The notes beneath the pieces were generated by a model. The model saw only the letters and a list, made by a program, of their open reading frames with translations. It did not search any database and was not told where the DNA came from. From Takakia lepidozioides (taxonomy: Eukaryota > Plantae > Bryophyta), in the NCBI GenBank assembly GCA_030704615.1, contig CM060731.1, positions 46,004,001 through 46,068,000 of the forward strand: 64,000 bases of DNA. The letters are read 5' to 3'. Both the position numbers and the translations under genes were made by a program. Every line of letters begins with the position of its first letter. Within the stretch, counting starts at the first letter, position 1. Shown here piece after piece: positions 1 to 20,479 of this stretch.

Positions 1-899
1 CAGCATACGATGGCATCAGACCCACGGGTACTAGAACTTCGACAAACAACTCGTTAACTACTCATTGACTCTTTGTAAAGTCTGAAAGCCCCTCTCGTGT
101 TTCCTAGAAATGTTAACAGCGGGAACAGTGGTGACACGGCCATGTGTTGATGTGGCGTCATGGAGTGGACTCAGTCTTGGCAACCGCAGTTTGACATGAA
201 GGCTGTGTTGATGCGGAGTGTGTGTTGTAATAACTCGCATCCGCATCTCGTGCCTCGGTTCCGTGTGTTCCTCGTCACGATTCTCATCCCAAAGTGTTTG
301 TACATCTTTTGACCGATTTTGTTTACGGGGAGGGGGAACCACGAGTAGTCTAACTTCACCTAGTAGATGTGGACAGTGTGCGCAACGCACGTCTCTCAAG
401 TGCTTTTCTGCTTGTCTCTACCTGCAATTGCAGGCGTCTCACCAAGTCATTCTAATGCAAATTCTCCAATCAAGCAATGCAAACAAAAATCTGTCGGGTG
501 GATTCACACCCCTGTTCCCACCCCAGCACCTGTCCAAATTAGTATCGACTTATCTGTTCTGCGCATGCATTTAAGGATGAACTGCGAGGCCGTTGGAGCT
601 GGGTCTTGAGAAGTAAGATATATCTGACGAAAGAGTAGAGTTTTGTCCTGGAAATAGATAAGCTTGCGTGTGAGAATTTTAAACAGATAGTTGGGAGGTC
701 TTGTTCATAGACAAGTTTAGAAAAGGAAAGGCCTTGCTGGGGAGAGAAGAACACACTGGTCAGAACTTCAATTTTTCGTGAGAGGGTTCTGCTCACAGAC
801 CATGGAGAATTGACATCAGTCCATTGCTGCAGCCCGGGAGAGATCAATAGAGTGATCTCGACAGAGATACGGACTTGCAAAAAATTCAGACCTGTCATT

Positions 900-7877
<6,978 letters not shown>

Positions 7878-7985
7878 GGTTAGCCTTAGTTGTTATGTTC
7901 CTCATTCTGGTTCATGAGCTATTATCTGGAGACTACTTTGGGGTCTACGTTACAGTGTATTCAACTCTCTCTCTCTCTCTCTCTC

Positions 7986-10709
7986 ACAATGAGGAGGTCA
8001 AGGCTGAGTACGTCCAGGCCTTGCAAGAGGCTCTCCCTCATTTTGTCCAATCGCTCCAAGAACTTCAGTCACGCTCTGTTAACGCAAGAAATGAAGTCGA
8101 AAGAGCAGTGGACTCTTGGGAGAGTTTTGTTTCCTCCGTGGCTGACAAGATCATTGGGAGGAAACTAATTGTCTGCGGTAGAGCAGTTGATTGGTGGACT
8201 AATGAGATTAAACTCAAGATAGCTGAGAGACGAGCCCTCTATAAAGAGTGCTGCAATTTGGAAACCAACAGAGAATTGTGGGCGATCAATCAGCTTGTTA
8301 GGTCTCAGAAGAAATTATACTGGGACAAGTTATACAATGAAATAAACTCAAACCACCATGGTGGTAATGACAAGAAATTCTGGTTGGCCCTTCAACGTTT
8401 GTACAAACCGAAAAACGGTCAGCAAGTACAAGCGCTGAAGACTACTAAAGGTGCAGTGGTGACTTCATCGGTTGACATTGTCAAAACCTTTGAAACTCAC
8501 TACAGTATCCTTGGCAGAACTTCTAGGTCTAACAGTGAGGGGTCTTCTGCTGAATGGAGGGACACAGTCGTAAAAACTGTTCCTATGATTCAAAACGCTG
8601 ATGAACTGGAGTATATTTCAATGGCTTATAATGCTCCCATTAGTTCTTCTGAGATTGTGGAAGCAATTGAACATTTAAATGGATATAAAACTGGTGGACC
8701 TGATGGTATTGTCAACGAGCTTATCAAGCACGGTGGCGATCCCATGATAGAGGCCCTAGTTCTCCTCTTTAACCTTATCTGGAAGACTGAAATGATCCCC
8801 TTTCGCTGGCGACAGGGGGTCATTGTCAATCTATACAAGAAGGGTGACAGAGAAGAACCGGGGAACTACCGTGGCATCACACTCCTCAATGCTGTTGGCA
8901 AGACATTCTGCAGAGTTATAAGTACTCGTCTCGAGGTTGATCTGGAGTCTAGAGGTTGTTTCCACGAAGGCCAAGCTGGCTTTCGGCGAAACAGGGGCTG
9001 TGTGGATCATATCTTCACTCTTAGCCAGATTATCCAGGGAAGGAAAAAAGAAGGGAAACCCACTTATGTCTTTTTCCTGGATGTCAAAAAGGCTTATGAC
9101 ACAGTGTGGAGAGATGGCCTATGGTTCCGCCTCTGGTCTTGTGGGATCAAGGGAAAGATGTGGAGAGTTGTCCACAACTTGTATGCTCACACCAAAAGCT
9201 GTGTCACTGTTAACGGACAGAAGTCCAACTTCTTTGACATAGACCAAGGTGTAGCTCAAGGATGTACTCTCTCCCCTCTGCTCTTCAATGTTTTCATCAA
9301 TCAACTCCTCGAGGATGTGGAAAGTGAGGGATTTGGGTTAAGGGTGGGTGATACCACCATACCAGCCCTTATGTTTGCGGATGACTTCGCAGGCATAGGG
9401 GAGACTCCAACCAATCTCCAGGAGTTGATTGATTGCGCGAAGAGATACTTTGATCTTTGGGGGCTAGAGGCTAATGTCAGCAAATGTGCAGTGGTAGCAT
9501 TCAACGACAGAGGAGAGGGAGGAAGTGATCTTAAGTGGCAGTGGGGTAGTCAAGAGATCCCGGTCCTCCCTTCCTACACTTACCTGGGCGTTGAGTTCTC
9601 CTCCAATTGTAATTGGGATGCACATATCCGGAAAGTTGTTCAAACTGGCAAGGGCAAAGCTCTGGGGCTCACTAAATTTTTCCACTGCAGAGGGGTCAAC
9701 TCTGAGGTTAGGAAAACCATGCTTTGTCGCGGTATTAGTCCTGCCTTGGAGTACGGATCTGCTATATGGGTTGATAACTCCAACCAGGCTAAGTCTCTAG
9801 AATCCATTCAAGTGGGTATGTCAGCATGCTCCAAAACAGCCAATGTGGCTGTTCGGGGTGAGTTTGGCATTCCGTCCTTAAGCTCCCGACGAGATGAATT
9901 CAAGGTCAGATGGTGGGGTCAGCTGCAACATATGCCCAACACCAGATATCCTAAGTTAATCGACTCTATATCTTGGAAACAGGACCGCCCTGTCAAACAG
10001 GCGAAGTCCTGGCAGAAGAGAGTAGAAGAGATCCTCAAGGACCTGGACCTGGATCCGCAAGTCTTGACCCTGCTGGATAAATCTGACTTAGAGGCTGTAG
10101 TGTCCTCAGCCATGTCTGTTGCCATGAGATTGTCTGATGAAAATGAAGTCAGGCAGAAAACTTCCCTGAACTTGTTTCCAGTCTGTGACATGGGGGAGGA
10201 CATCTTGGATGACCTCAAGGGTCTACCCACTCTCGGCACTAGACTGAAATTTAAACTCAGGGCAGGAAGCCTACCTTTGAACAGCAAACAGAAGCAGAGA
10301 GGAAAGGGAGAGTGCAATTGCCCGTTGTGTGGGCAATCTGAAGACAGTATTCATTTTCTGATACACTGTCCGGGGTTCTCTCACCAAAGAGACGCTCTCT
10401 TCAAATCTATTAAGGGTATTGTGCCTGTACCCCTGTTTACCAACTTTGAAAGTCTCGAGGCTGAGCCAAAAGCCCAGGCCCTCCTGAGGCCTAGTTTTTG
10501 GGCAAATCACACACAGCAGATTGATGCTTGTGTGAAGGGATTTCTAGAGGATATCTGGAAAACCCGGATTAATTCTATATATGGAGGTAAGTCTTACTAC
10601 CAACGTCAGCCCCTGACAGAGGTAGGTTCTGTCCCTTTTGTTCCCGCTCAAACTGGGCGCGGGGTCAATGGCCACAAGGCTACGGCAAACAACGTCTTAT
10701 GAGTACAGT
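7986..10709 (+). mobile_element. Non-LTR retrotransposon (non-L1 LINE; RTEX/L2/CR1-like, clade uncertain), 5'-truncated, long open RT ORF
   Basis: ORF 7895-10702 has RT motifs KTGGPDGI, NYRGITLL, QAGFR, FLDVKKAYDTV, GVAQGCTLSPLLF, MFADD, YTYLG and a C-terminal CPLC..HFLIHCP zinc motif. No endonuclease domain. It starts right after a (CT)n tract in the GH1 3' region and ends TGA-GTACAG-(TC)n. Confidence 0.92.
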
Positions 10710-10722
10710 CTCTCTCTCTCTC

Positions 10723-12364
10723 AAAGGCCAAAAAGGCCAAAGGTCAAAAAGGCCTATGACACTGTGTGGAGAGACGGTCTATGGCTCCGACTCTGGTCTT
10801 CCGGGATCAAGGGAAAGATGTGGAGAGTGGTCCATAACTTGTATGCTCACACTAAAAGCTGTGTCACTGTAAATGGACAGAAGTCTAATTTCTTTGACAT
10901 AGACCAAGGTGTAGCTCAAGGATGTACCCTCTCCCCTTTGCTCTTCAATGTTTTCATCAATCAACTAGGATGTGGAAAGTGAGGGATTTGGGTTAAGGGT
11001 GGGTGATGCCACCATACCAGCCGTTATGTTTGCGGATGACTTCGCAGGCATAGGGGAGACTCCTTCCAACCTCCAGGGGCTGATAGATTGCGTGAAGAGA
11101 TACTTTGATCTTTGGGGGCTAGAGGCCAATGTCAGTAAATGCGCAGTGGTGGCATTCAACGACCGGGGGGAAGGAGGAGGCGATCTCAAGTGGCAGTGGG
11201 GAAGCCAAGAGATCCCTGTTCTCCCCTCCTACACCTATCTTGGCATTGAGTTTTCCTCCAACTGTAATTGGGAAGCACATATTCAAAGAGTGGTTCAATC
11301 TGGCAAACGCAAAGCGCTGGGTCTCACTAAATTTTTCCACTGCAGAGGGATCAACTCTGAAGTCAAAAAAACCATGCTTTGCCGCGTTATCAGGCCGGCC
11401 TTGGAGTATGCATCTGCTGTATGGGTTGATAACTCCAACCAGGCTAAGTCTCTTGAATCCATCCAAGTCGGGGTGCTCAAGGAGTGCATGTCAGCATGCT
11501 CCAAAACAGCTAATGTGGCTGTTCGGGGTGGGTTTGGCATTCCCCCCTTAAGCTCCCGACGCGATGAATTCAAAATCAGATGGTGGGGTCAGCTGCAACG
11601 TATGGCTAATACCAGATATCCTAAGTTAATCGACTCTATATCTTGGAAGCAGGACCGCCCTGTCAAACAGGCTAAATCCTGGCGGAAAAGGGTAGAAGAG
11701 ATTTTCAAGGATCTGAATCTTAGTCCACTAGCCATGACCCTGCTGGATAAATCTGCTTAGAAGCTGAAGTTTCCAAGCCATGTCTATTGCCAGGAAATTG
11801 TCTGAAGAAAATTAGGCAGAAAACTTCCCTCAACCTGTTTCCAGTCTGTGACATGGGTGAGGCCATCATGGATGACCTCAAGGGTCTCCCCACTTTCGGC
11901 ACTAGACTGAAATTCAAACTCAGGGCGGGTAGCCTACCTTTGAACAACAAACAGTCGCAGAGAGGAAGGGGGATTGTAAGTGCCCGTTGTGTGGGCAACC
12001 TGAAGACAATATTCACTCCTGATTCATTGTCCTGGGTACTCTCACCAACGGGACACCCTCTTCCATTCCATCAAGGAAATTGTGCCTGTACCTCTGTTTA
12101 ACAACTTTGAAAATCTTGAGGCTGAGCCAAAAGCCCAGGCCCTTTTGGGGTCTAGCTATTGGGCAAATCACACACATCAGATTGATGCTTGTGTGAAGGG
12201 ATTTCTGGAGGATATATGGAAATCTCGGATCAACTGTTTATTCCAAGGTAAATCATACTACCGGCGTCAGCCCCTGACAAAGATAGTTTCTGTCCCTTTA
12301 TGTTCCGTTCAAACTGGGCGCGGGGTCAATGGCCACAAGGCTACGGGAAACAATGTCTTATGAG

Positions 12365-12369
<5 letters not shown>
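10723..12369 (+). mobile_element. Second tandem copy of the same LINE family (diverged subfamily, 5'-truncated within RT, frameshifted)
   Basis: Begins at VKKAYDTVWRDG after a stuttered junction (aaaggccaa aaaggccaa aggtcaaaaaggcc). ORFs 10972-11760, 11787-12101 and 12082-12363 match copy 1. Ends TGA-GTACAA followed by (TC)n at 12370-12396. Confidence 0.9.
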
Positions 12370-12396
<27 letters not shown>

Positions 12397-12444
12397 TTGA
12401 ACCCTGGTGGGTTCGAACCCCACAAAAGGCTCCAGGAGGGCTAG

Positions 12445-12680
12445 GTTCCCTCGGGGTCAATGGCCTTAAGGCTATGGCAAGCCAACGTTTGCAGGGAAAG
12501 AATGAGTACAATCATTTTTAACCTGGTGACATGGGTGAGGACCTTGAGGATGAATGGCCTACCTATCCTCGGCACGAGACTAAAACTCGGGGTGGGGAGT
12601 TTACCTTTGTACAATAAACAGATGCAGAGAGGTGCAAAGGAGATTGTCAATCTTGTTCCACACAAATTTGTCCAATAGTT
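12445..12680 (+). mobile_element. Older degraded fragments of the same LINE family
   Basis: ggggtcaatggccttaaggctatggcaagccaacgt...atgagtacaatc, followed by a decayed DMG..LPILGTRLKL..GSLPL..KQ.QRG segment. Confidence 0.7.
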
Positions 12681-14594
12681 CATGCGTGCATGCCAGCATG
12701 TCGGTGTTGGTTGTCATATGGTGATTTTTTGAGTTTGATTTTCGTATTGTGTGGGTACCCTGGCAGTGATAGCCTGCATCAGTCCAATGTGTTATCTTTC
12801 TCGTGAAAAACTTTGCTGTGCCTCTGATATGTAGTCCTGTAGTTGGTGTGTGTTTGGGACTAATGTGAGGTTTGGGCTTATCAGATTCCAGATCTGAACT
12901 TGATGGACAGTTTGTCCAATCTGCTTCAAAATACGATGGATTTGAACGAGTGGATCACAACAGCAGGCCATGAAACCAAATATCACTTAGGACCCTTCCA
13001 CTCAGTTGTTGGCCACTCACTGGCTCTATTTGACAAGACAGCAGACTCACTTCAGCCTTCGAATGTGATTCATAGCACAACAAACTTGTGTATTCAGTAA
13101 GATTTCCGCAATGACCCAACATGTGGACTCAGCATTAACACAAAGGCCATATCTTGTTGATGTTTCAAATTGTACACATAGCAGGAGTTGCCTACAGTGT
13201 ATATTACTACATCACTTCCAAAGATGAGTGATCTGACATCGAGTACAACAATCTTCCATCCTATTTCATATACAGTTGCGAATTTGTGTCTTCCTCAACA
13301 GCCAGATCATCTCCTAGAGATGCAGATTTGTACTGTACAGCTGGAAGGACTGAACCAACAACATGAATTACTTATGTGTGACTGGTGGAATCCATGTTCC
13401 AGCCAATATTGAACACTTGTTTATACTATTTTCTAATTCTTGCAAGTAGAAGGGTCAAAAACTGTCCGCTGGTTTTGAGGTTTCATACAGATTGCCAGTG
13501 GCTTCAGTGGTAAGACATTCTTGAGGAAGACTTCAACAAGGCCTTAAAAAGTACTGCAGACTGTACACTAGAGCCATCCTACAACCCTTTCACCATGATT
13601 AATCTACTAAATGCCCCTAGCAATCAAATAATCCAGTAGGGTAAGCTGGTGTATAGCATAAATTTACTGTCTTTCTGTGAACCATGTTCAACTATACATT
13701 CCAAATGGCAATTGCAAGTGAAGTTTACTGTACAGATGGAGGTAATTTGGGCAGCTCTGTGTAGTCCTGTACTTATAAGGATCTCCCAAGGTGTACAGGG
13801 CCCTCACTTGAGCCTCCACATGTACTGTTCAATGGCATTTGAGTATGCGATGAGATTGTTGCAATTGACAACAAGTCCAATATTACTTAGGGATTCTGCA
13901 ACCACCCAACATGTAGACGTACAAGAACACAAAGGCCATATTTTTCCTTCATCTGCACATTACACGAGGGGTTTACAATTTGTATTACTACATTCGGAAT
14001 CTCAAAGATGATGGGCTGTCATCGATCTGCTACAAAAGCCTTTGGACCTATTCATATACTGTTACGGATTTCAACGAGAATGAGATTGTCCCCTAGTTAC
14101 AGATTGAAGATTCCAGGTTGATGTAAGTAGATAAACTGAAGCGGTATCTATTACCACTAGTAGAAGGATCCACCGATTAGAGCTGACTCTGAGGTTTCAA
14201 GCTTGTAACACATCCCTAAGGAAGAGTTCCAACAACGCCTTTGAAATCTACTTCAGAAGTTGAAGCATCCGATGAGGAATATGGCTCTACCCGTTGTCAC
14301 TCGGGGAGATATTACTGCCTAGGCCAAAAAGCGTCTTAGAATCAATTCAGTTCTACCTTCCCCGGAAGTTCTTCCCCCACTATCATGTTATCTTCTCTTG
14401 ACCGCACATCTCTCCAGTGCGATAACGAACACACGATCCGCCACTTGCTCTAATTTTGCAAGAATTATGACAGCGTGGTAAACAGAAAGATCACAAGAGC
14501 TAAGTTCAATGGATCAACGACGACCCACCACCATGAATGAATGAATCAGCCCCAGAAACAATCCGAAACCTCAACTGTATGGAAAGCCAAGATA

Positions 14595-14677
14595 GATAAG
14601 CAACCGGTGGATGGAGAGGGCGATGGCCCTGAGCCTCATCTGCCACGTGTGGGGATCAATCCGACTTTCCCAGCCAC
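14595..14677 (+). promoter_or_regulatory. Light-responsive I-box/G-box module upstream of Rubisco activase
   Basis: GATAAG (14595-14600), GCCACGTG G-box (core 14644-14649) and a further GCCAC near 14673, about 130-210 bp upstream of the ATG. This is a classic motif set for photosynthesis-gene promoters. Confidence 0.55.
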
Positions 14678-14803
14678 ACACGCGGGCTTAATGGCTGGCT
14701 TTCTATCCAATGCTTCAAACACTTCTCTTCTCGCACTCTTTTGATCGTAGCTCTGCTGAGTTTGGAATCAGTCTGCAGCCCCGGCGTTGGCACCCATCTG
14801 GCT

Positions 14804-17800
14804 ATGGCGACCAGCGTTGCAGCCATGCGGGGCGTGGCCGTGCCTCAGGTATCTGGTACCAGTATCTGCTGCTGCAGTGGGTGCTTGTAAGAATGCTGTG
14901 AATGAAATTGTGGAGTGGTCTGTAGTAATGGCATTGTGCCATTGGAGCTTTTGTGATTTGTCTGGGTGGACTTTTCTTCGTGGTTGAGTTGTTCGGGTGT
15001 ATGCTTTTGCATGAATTTGGACTTATGGTTCGTAGCTGGAAATGTAAGAGTGTGTGGATTGCTCCAGTAGAAAGAAGCGTTTGACTACCATCCAATGTGG
15101 TGCTTCTGGCCATGAGGTAGACAGCTGGTGAAGGTGTTTGCCATCGTGAACTCTCACACTGAGCACAACTCCATGAGTTTACCCAATTGAGTGTAGTTGC
15201 GTAATTGGTGATCCTTGCGTGAAATGACGGAATGTCCGATGAGATGTAGGGAGAGAGGACTTGGAGCTTACGTAGGGGTGGCATTGGTGAGCTGACATCC
15301 GTGCACAATGACTCAGGTGAACACAGCCTTGGCTGGAACTCAGGCTACGGGCAGCAAGAGCGCACCAAGCTCTGCGTTCTTTGGGGGAAACTTGAAGACT
15401 TCCGCTAGAGTGACACTGGGAGCTCCCAAGGGGAAGGCTCGTATCGTATGTGAAGCGGAAAAGACCGAGAAGAAGGTGGACAGGTGGGCAGGTCTGGGGA
15501 AAGATATCTCTGATGATCAGCAGGATATCCAGCGTGGGAAGGGTCTGGTTGATGCTTTGTTTCAGGGTGCTCAGGGGTTGGGTACCCAAAATGCCATCAT
15601 GAGTAGCTACGACTACGTTAGCACTGCCCAGCGGACGTGAGTTCTCTTCCCTTCACATTTCGAGTGCTGCGTTTCTGTATTCTTGTGTATGTTAGTGTAT
15701 TTTCGTTCTCCACACGCGGATATATGGTAGCAGTAACGATGGCAGGAGTAGAAGGATAATTTTCATGGTAAAACACTCTAATGTTCCTCCCCTCTCCTCC
15801 CCCTCTCATTCTGGTGTTAACTCACTCCCAGAGAGGCATCTTGTAGCAGGTCTATTTCAATGATCTTGTTTGCTGCTGAATGTACGTATGTTAATGGTCC
15901 TCTCTGTGAGCTAGTGCTGAAGGTCGCATGGGAAGGTTGCATAGCATTTAGAATAGATATTTCCTTAGCAAACCTGTATCTTCCAGGGACATTTAGAAAA
16001 CTAGAACCTGCCCACTAAATGTGTGTTTTGGAATCCGTAGTGGAAGGTCAATTGGTCTTTGTTTCCATGTCCAGGAAGATGCTGACTTAGTGGTTGATCA
16101 AACAGGTTTGACTTTGATAACATGAAGGATGGGCTCTACATTGCACCTGCCTTCATGGACAAACTGGTTATCCACATCGCAAAAAACTTCATGAGCCTGC
16201 CCAACATCAAGGTAATGCACCCGGCAGCCCCAGTCTTGTTCATTTTGTTTCTTTATGGCAGGCCTATCTCATTTGCACGTGAGAACAAGTCTAACCCATT
16301 GTTAAGAAGGTCTGTCTGGCAGGAGAGATTTCACTGAATGTATGGTTGGATGGCAGGTTCCTCTTATTTTGGGTATTTGGGGAGGCAAGGGACAGGGAAA
16401 ATCATTCCAATGTGAGCTTGTCATGTCAAAGCTTGGAATCAAGTAAGTAGGTATCACTGTGGATAATTTTTTGTATTTCCTTCAGCTGGAAGGGTTGGTA
16501 CCCTGTACCGATGACTTAACTTTTAATTTAGTCCTGGATTTTCTTTACTTGCATTGCATTGTTGTGGATGTATTCACATTTCTTTCAAGAGTCATCTATT
16601 TCCCAGCTTGCCACTGTGTTTTTGCATGTTTTAGAGCTTGCAAGTCGTTGCGAAGGGACGTGGCTTAGGTCATGTTATTCATTTGTTGTGTCTAGCAACA
16701 GAAATCTATATAACAAGAATGTGGTGGTGGCAGCCCCATCATGATGAGTGCAGGAGAACTGGAGAGTGGCAGTGCGGGTGAACCAGCTAAGTTGATTCGT
16801 CAAAGATACCGTGAGGCATCAGATATCATCAAGAAGGGGAAGATGTGTGCCCTCTTCATCAATGATTTGGATGCCGGTGCAGGGCGCATGGGCGGTACTA
16901 CCCAGTACACTGTGAACAACCAGATGGTGAATGCCACTCTCATGAACATTGCTGACAACCCAACAAATGTGCAGCTTCCTGGTATATACAACAAGGAAAC
17001 GATTCCCCGTGTGCCCGTCGTCGTTACTGGTAATGATTTTTCGACCTTGTATGCTCCTCTTATCCGCGATGGTCGTATGGAGAAGTTCTACTGGGCTCCC
17101 ACTCGGGAAGATCGTATTGGTGTGGCCAAAGGAATCTTCAGGGCAGACAATGTTCATGATAAGGATATTGAGAATTTGGTGGATAGCTTCCCTGGCCAGT
17201 CCATTGGTGAGTAGCACTTCTCTGCAGTTAAATTTTTGACAGTGGTGACTTTTTCGTGGTTTTGTATAATTTGCGGCTCTCGTGTGGCTCTTGTTTCTGC
17301 ATGTGAACAAATATTGTTTGTGTGTTTCTTATGCCTGTGTTGATTTTGAGTTAATTTTCTCTCTTGCAGATTTCTTTGGTGCCCTAAGGGCCCGGGTATA
17401 CGATGATGAGGTGAGGAAGTGGGTGTCAAATGTTGGAGTGGAGAACATGGGCAAGAAGTTGGTGAATTCGAAGGAGGGTCCCCCAACCTTTGAGAAGCCA
17501 GCTATGACAGTTGCAAAGCTCATGTCATATGGTCACATGCTGGTGCAAGAGCAGGAAAATGTGAAGCGTGTGCAACTTGCTGACCAGTACCTGTCTCAGG
17601 CCGCTCTGGGTGATGCAAATGCTGATGCTATCAAGCAAGGCACCTTCTTCCAAGGTCAGTCATAGTTGCTACCTGAACTATGATCTTTGAACTTCCACTC
17701 TCCTTTAACTCTATATTAACTCTATATTAATGCTGTTATTTAATATGAAAAGACTTACACACGGTGTGGGTTGTGGGATGCTTGTTTGTTTCTGTCAGCG

Positions 17801-18025
17801 AAAGCTGAGTGACCATGTGGTGCGGAAGAGAAGCCGCGTAGACTCTATCCATTCTGGACAAACAACAAACTGATATGATGAACATGCACGCATGTCTCAG
17901 GTAAAGCAGCCCAACAAATCAACATTCCTGTGCCTGAAGGCTGTACAGATCCGAATGCTGGAAACTTCGATCCAACTGCCCGTAGTGATGATGGCAGCTG
18001 TACTTATGACTTCAAAAACCTATGA
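14804..18025 (+). CDS. RCA: Rubisco activase (chloroplast AAA+), alpha isoform; beta isoform ends at 17665
   Basis: Exons 14804-14848 ([15 protein letters not shown]), 15317-15636 (transit peptide, [18 protein letters not shown]), 16106-16211, 16357-16442 (Walker A GGKGQGKS), 16734-17206 ([23 protein letters not shown]), 17370-17654 and 17901-18025 (KAAQQ...EGCTDP...DDGSCTY). Confidence 0.96.
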
Positions 18026-19149
18026 ATTAAATAATGATCTTTTGTTACTGCAGAGCTAGATAGATTGAGAAGTGAATTATCTCCTTGGACCATCTGTTGT
18101 GAACTCTATATAACATGATTTTTGAGGGCCACTTTACATTAAGGGCCAAGTGGTGTAGTGACCAAAATCCCTGTGTATTTCTCAGTTTATACTCTTGGCT
18201 CAAGTTGTCTTAAACCTCTCAATCTCCAATCTACATCACATTAAATCTTCACACTAGACACAACAATCTTTCATAAAAGGGATAAAATTCATGGGCTTGA
18301 AAGAAACGAGTTTGGATTATCCCATTGTCTAGACAGAATAGTAGAGCAACAAATGTTAACATTAATTCAAATATGCAACCACTAAAAAGGTCATTATTTG
18401 TGACTGGAGCTGACTTGATACTGCCATCTGCGAAGATGCTACGCAAAAACTTGTACACCCGATATTTAAAGGTATGCTAATTGTGGTTCAATTAATGCAA
18501 CGCTGGCTAAGGATCCAACATCAACTCAAGAAGCAGAGAAAAATTAAGCAATACAGAAGAATGCAAGTGTTATCGCAAAGCCCACCATCGCTATGCAACC
18601 CACCAGGAGTTCATTTTGCTTTGTGAGTACCGTAATTACATAATATTTCAAACGTACTACTTTCAAATCTTGGAGGTTGAAAAATTGCAGATGCAGTCTT
18701 AACCAACTGCTCATACAAAAAATCTCACAATCCGAGAAGTCCCGTGGAGCTCAGAGAAAGTTTTTTCTTTTTTAGGTGAGGAATCAAACGTGCAACGAGA
18801 AAGGGAAATAAAATACGAAACGATGGATTAAAAGTTAAGGTTGGCTGTCACGCAGCCTAATATACTCTCGAGGAAGGAAGACAGAGAGATGTGTCGGAAC
18901 AATATCAACCCAAATGAAGTCTACATCATGCCAAGTACATTTCTTCACTCTATTCCTAGGTTAGGATCCCTCGCCCCCACCCCGCTAGGAGCCCAAAGCA
19001 TTAGGAATGGTAGTCAAATTTGGAAAGGGAAAAACCTGGGAACCCAAAATTTGGATTACCTTTGGTAGAGGAGCACAGGGACCCCACAAGCCAGTCACTG
19101 GCCCAAGGTCATTGGAGGATTACCATGCGAAATCACCCCCAAAATGGCC

Positions 19150-19900
19150 AGTGTCTTAACGTTCCACCCTTCACTGTGCGCAACAATATCCATTTTGCAC
19201 CAATAAAGCTTTCTATTCGAGAATGGATGAACTCTATTTCTTTATTCTCATCTCAAAATGTTCAGATCGTCTCTCTTTTAATAGATCTCATTAAGTGGTA
19301 GCTGAAGATCGGAACCAACATTGACATTTTTAGCAATATCAATAACAATGTTACATCCGATCTTCAACCACCTCTCAATAAGATGCCTTAAAAGAGAGAC
19401 ATCTTGAGATGAGATTAAAAGAAACTTCTCATTGTGGACTCCAATCTTCAATCTGCCCCTCAAAGTCCGAAATATTCCATTAAATGCTAAATCTCTCACG
19501 AGTGATAACTTGGTAGATCTGTCCTTATCATTTTCGATTATACACCAGCATGCAAGGTGAAGCTAAATCCCCTCCCAAGGACACAAATTGGAAAAGCTCT
19601 CCTATGGAAAAAGGAACGTATAACCAACACCACAAATCAAATTTCGCAAACCAAAAATGTGACACTAATGCGGGACCAGAGTCTATACTGCATAACTCTG
19701 GCCACCAGCCCAGCCGATGAAAACCCATCACTTACTTTGATTCCTTGATGCACCATGTTGAAATAGCTCTTGGCCTCTCCTCTCAGTGTGGCCCTTCCAC
19801 GCTATGAGCCAATATAGTGATGTAAAAGTTAAACATGGAGCCAAGGCCTGGGCCTTGGCCTCTAATGTACAGCGGCCAGAAGCTGTGCAAGTTTTTCTAA
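19150..19900 (-). mobile_element. Possible highly degraded L1-like 3' remnant
   Basis: No intact ORF. Minus-strand pieces such as LRGRLK and ILAHSVEG/LW..AWK loosely resemble post-RT L1 regions. Weak evidence. Confidence 0.25.
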
Positions 19901-20479
19901 TATATAATAAATTTTCGTCTGATGTGGAATGATCTGTGGAATGACATGAGCGTCCTCATCAGAGACGGTCATTATTGGGAGGAGGATTATGTCTGGTTGA
20001 AGGTTTTGGTCATGTTTCAACCAAGTTAGCAGAAGCTGTCACTCTGTTCCATTAACACCAGTAAATGTCAGAAAGCTCAGGTAGATCCCCACCTGTTGGT
20101 CTGATGGGGTTTTTGACCTTCCCCATTATTTTATACCTTCCTTAAATAATTACTCACTTATGAAAGTATCTGCAATTTTTTGAAAGACACTAACAAACAT
20201 GTATCCCAGCTCCTAAACCTGTTCCCAATTTTGGCCGCATGATGCCATTGTATATATTTCCAGGTAGCAGTGCATGGAAGATCTTAAAGAGTGTGCACTT
20301 CATAGAGAAATTACTGACCTATATGCATCATAGATATGCGAGTCTTAAAGGCATAGGGAGTGGCAACTTGCTTAATGAACTTGCGACCCAGTCACCTGGC
20401 CCATCTGTAGAATGTGGTTGACTGAATCCCTTTTATCCAACCTTGCAGGCTCCAGACAAACCTGTGCACTGTCACCCAT

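Noticed and set aside
1-620. Several overlapping 60-120 aa ORFs at the window start
   Set aside because: No recognisable motif or splice structure; cannot support a call.
7895-7985. Apparent N-terminus MFLILVHELL...STLSLSLSH of the 935-aa RT ORF
   Set aside because: Host 3'UTR plus (CT)n read in frame by chance; the element is 5'-truncated.
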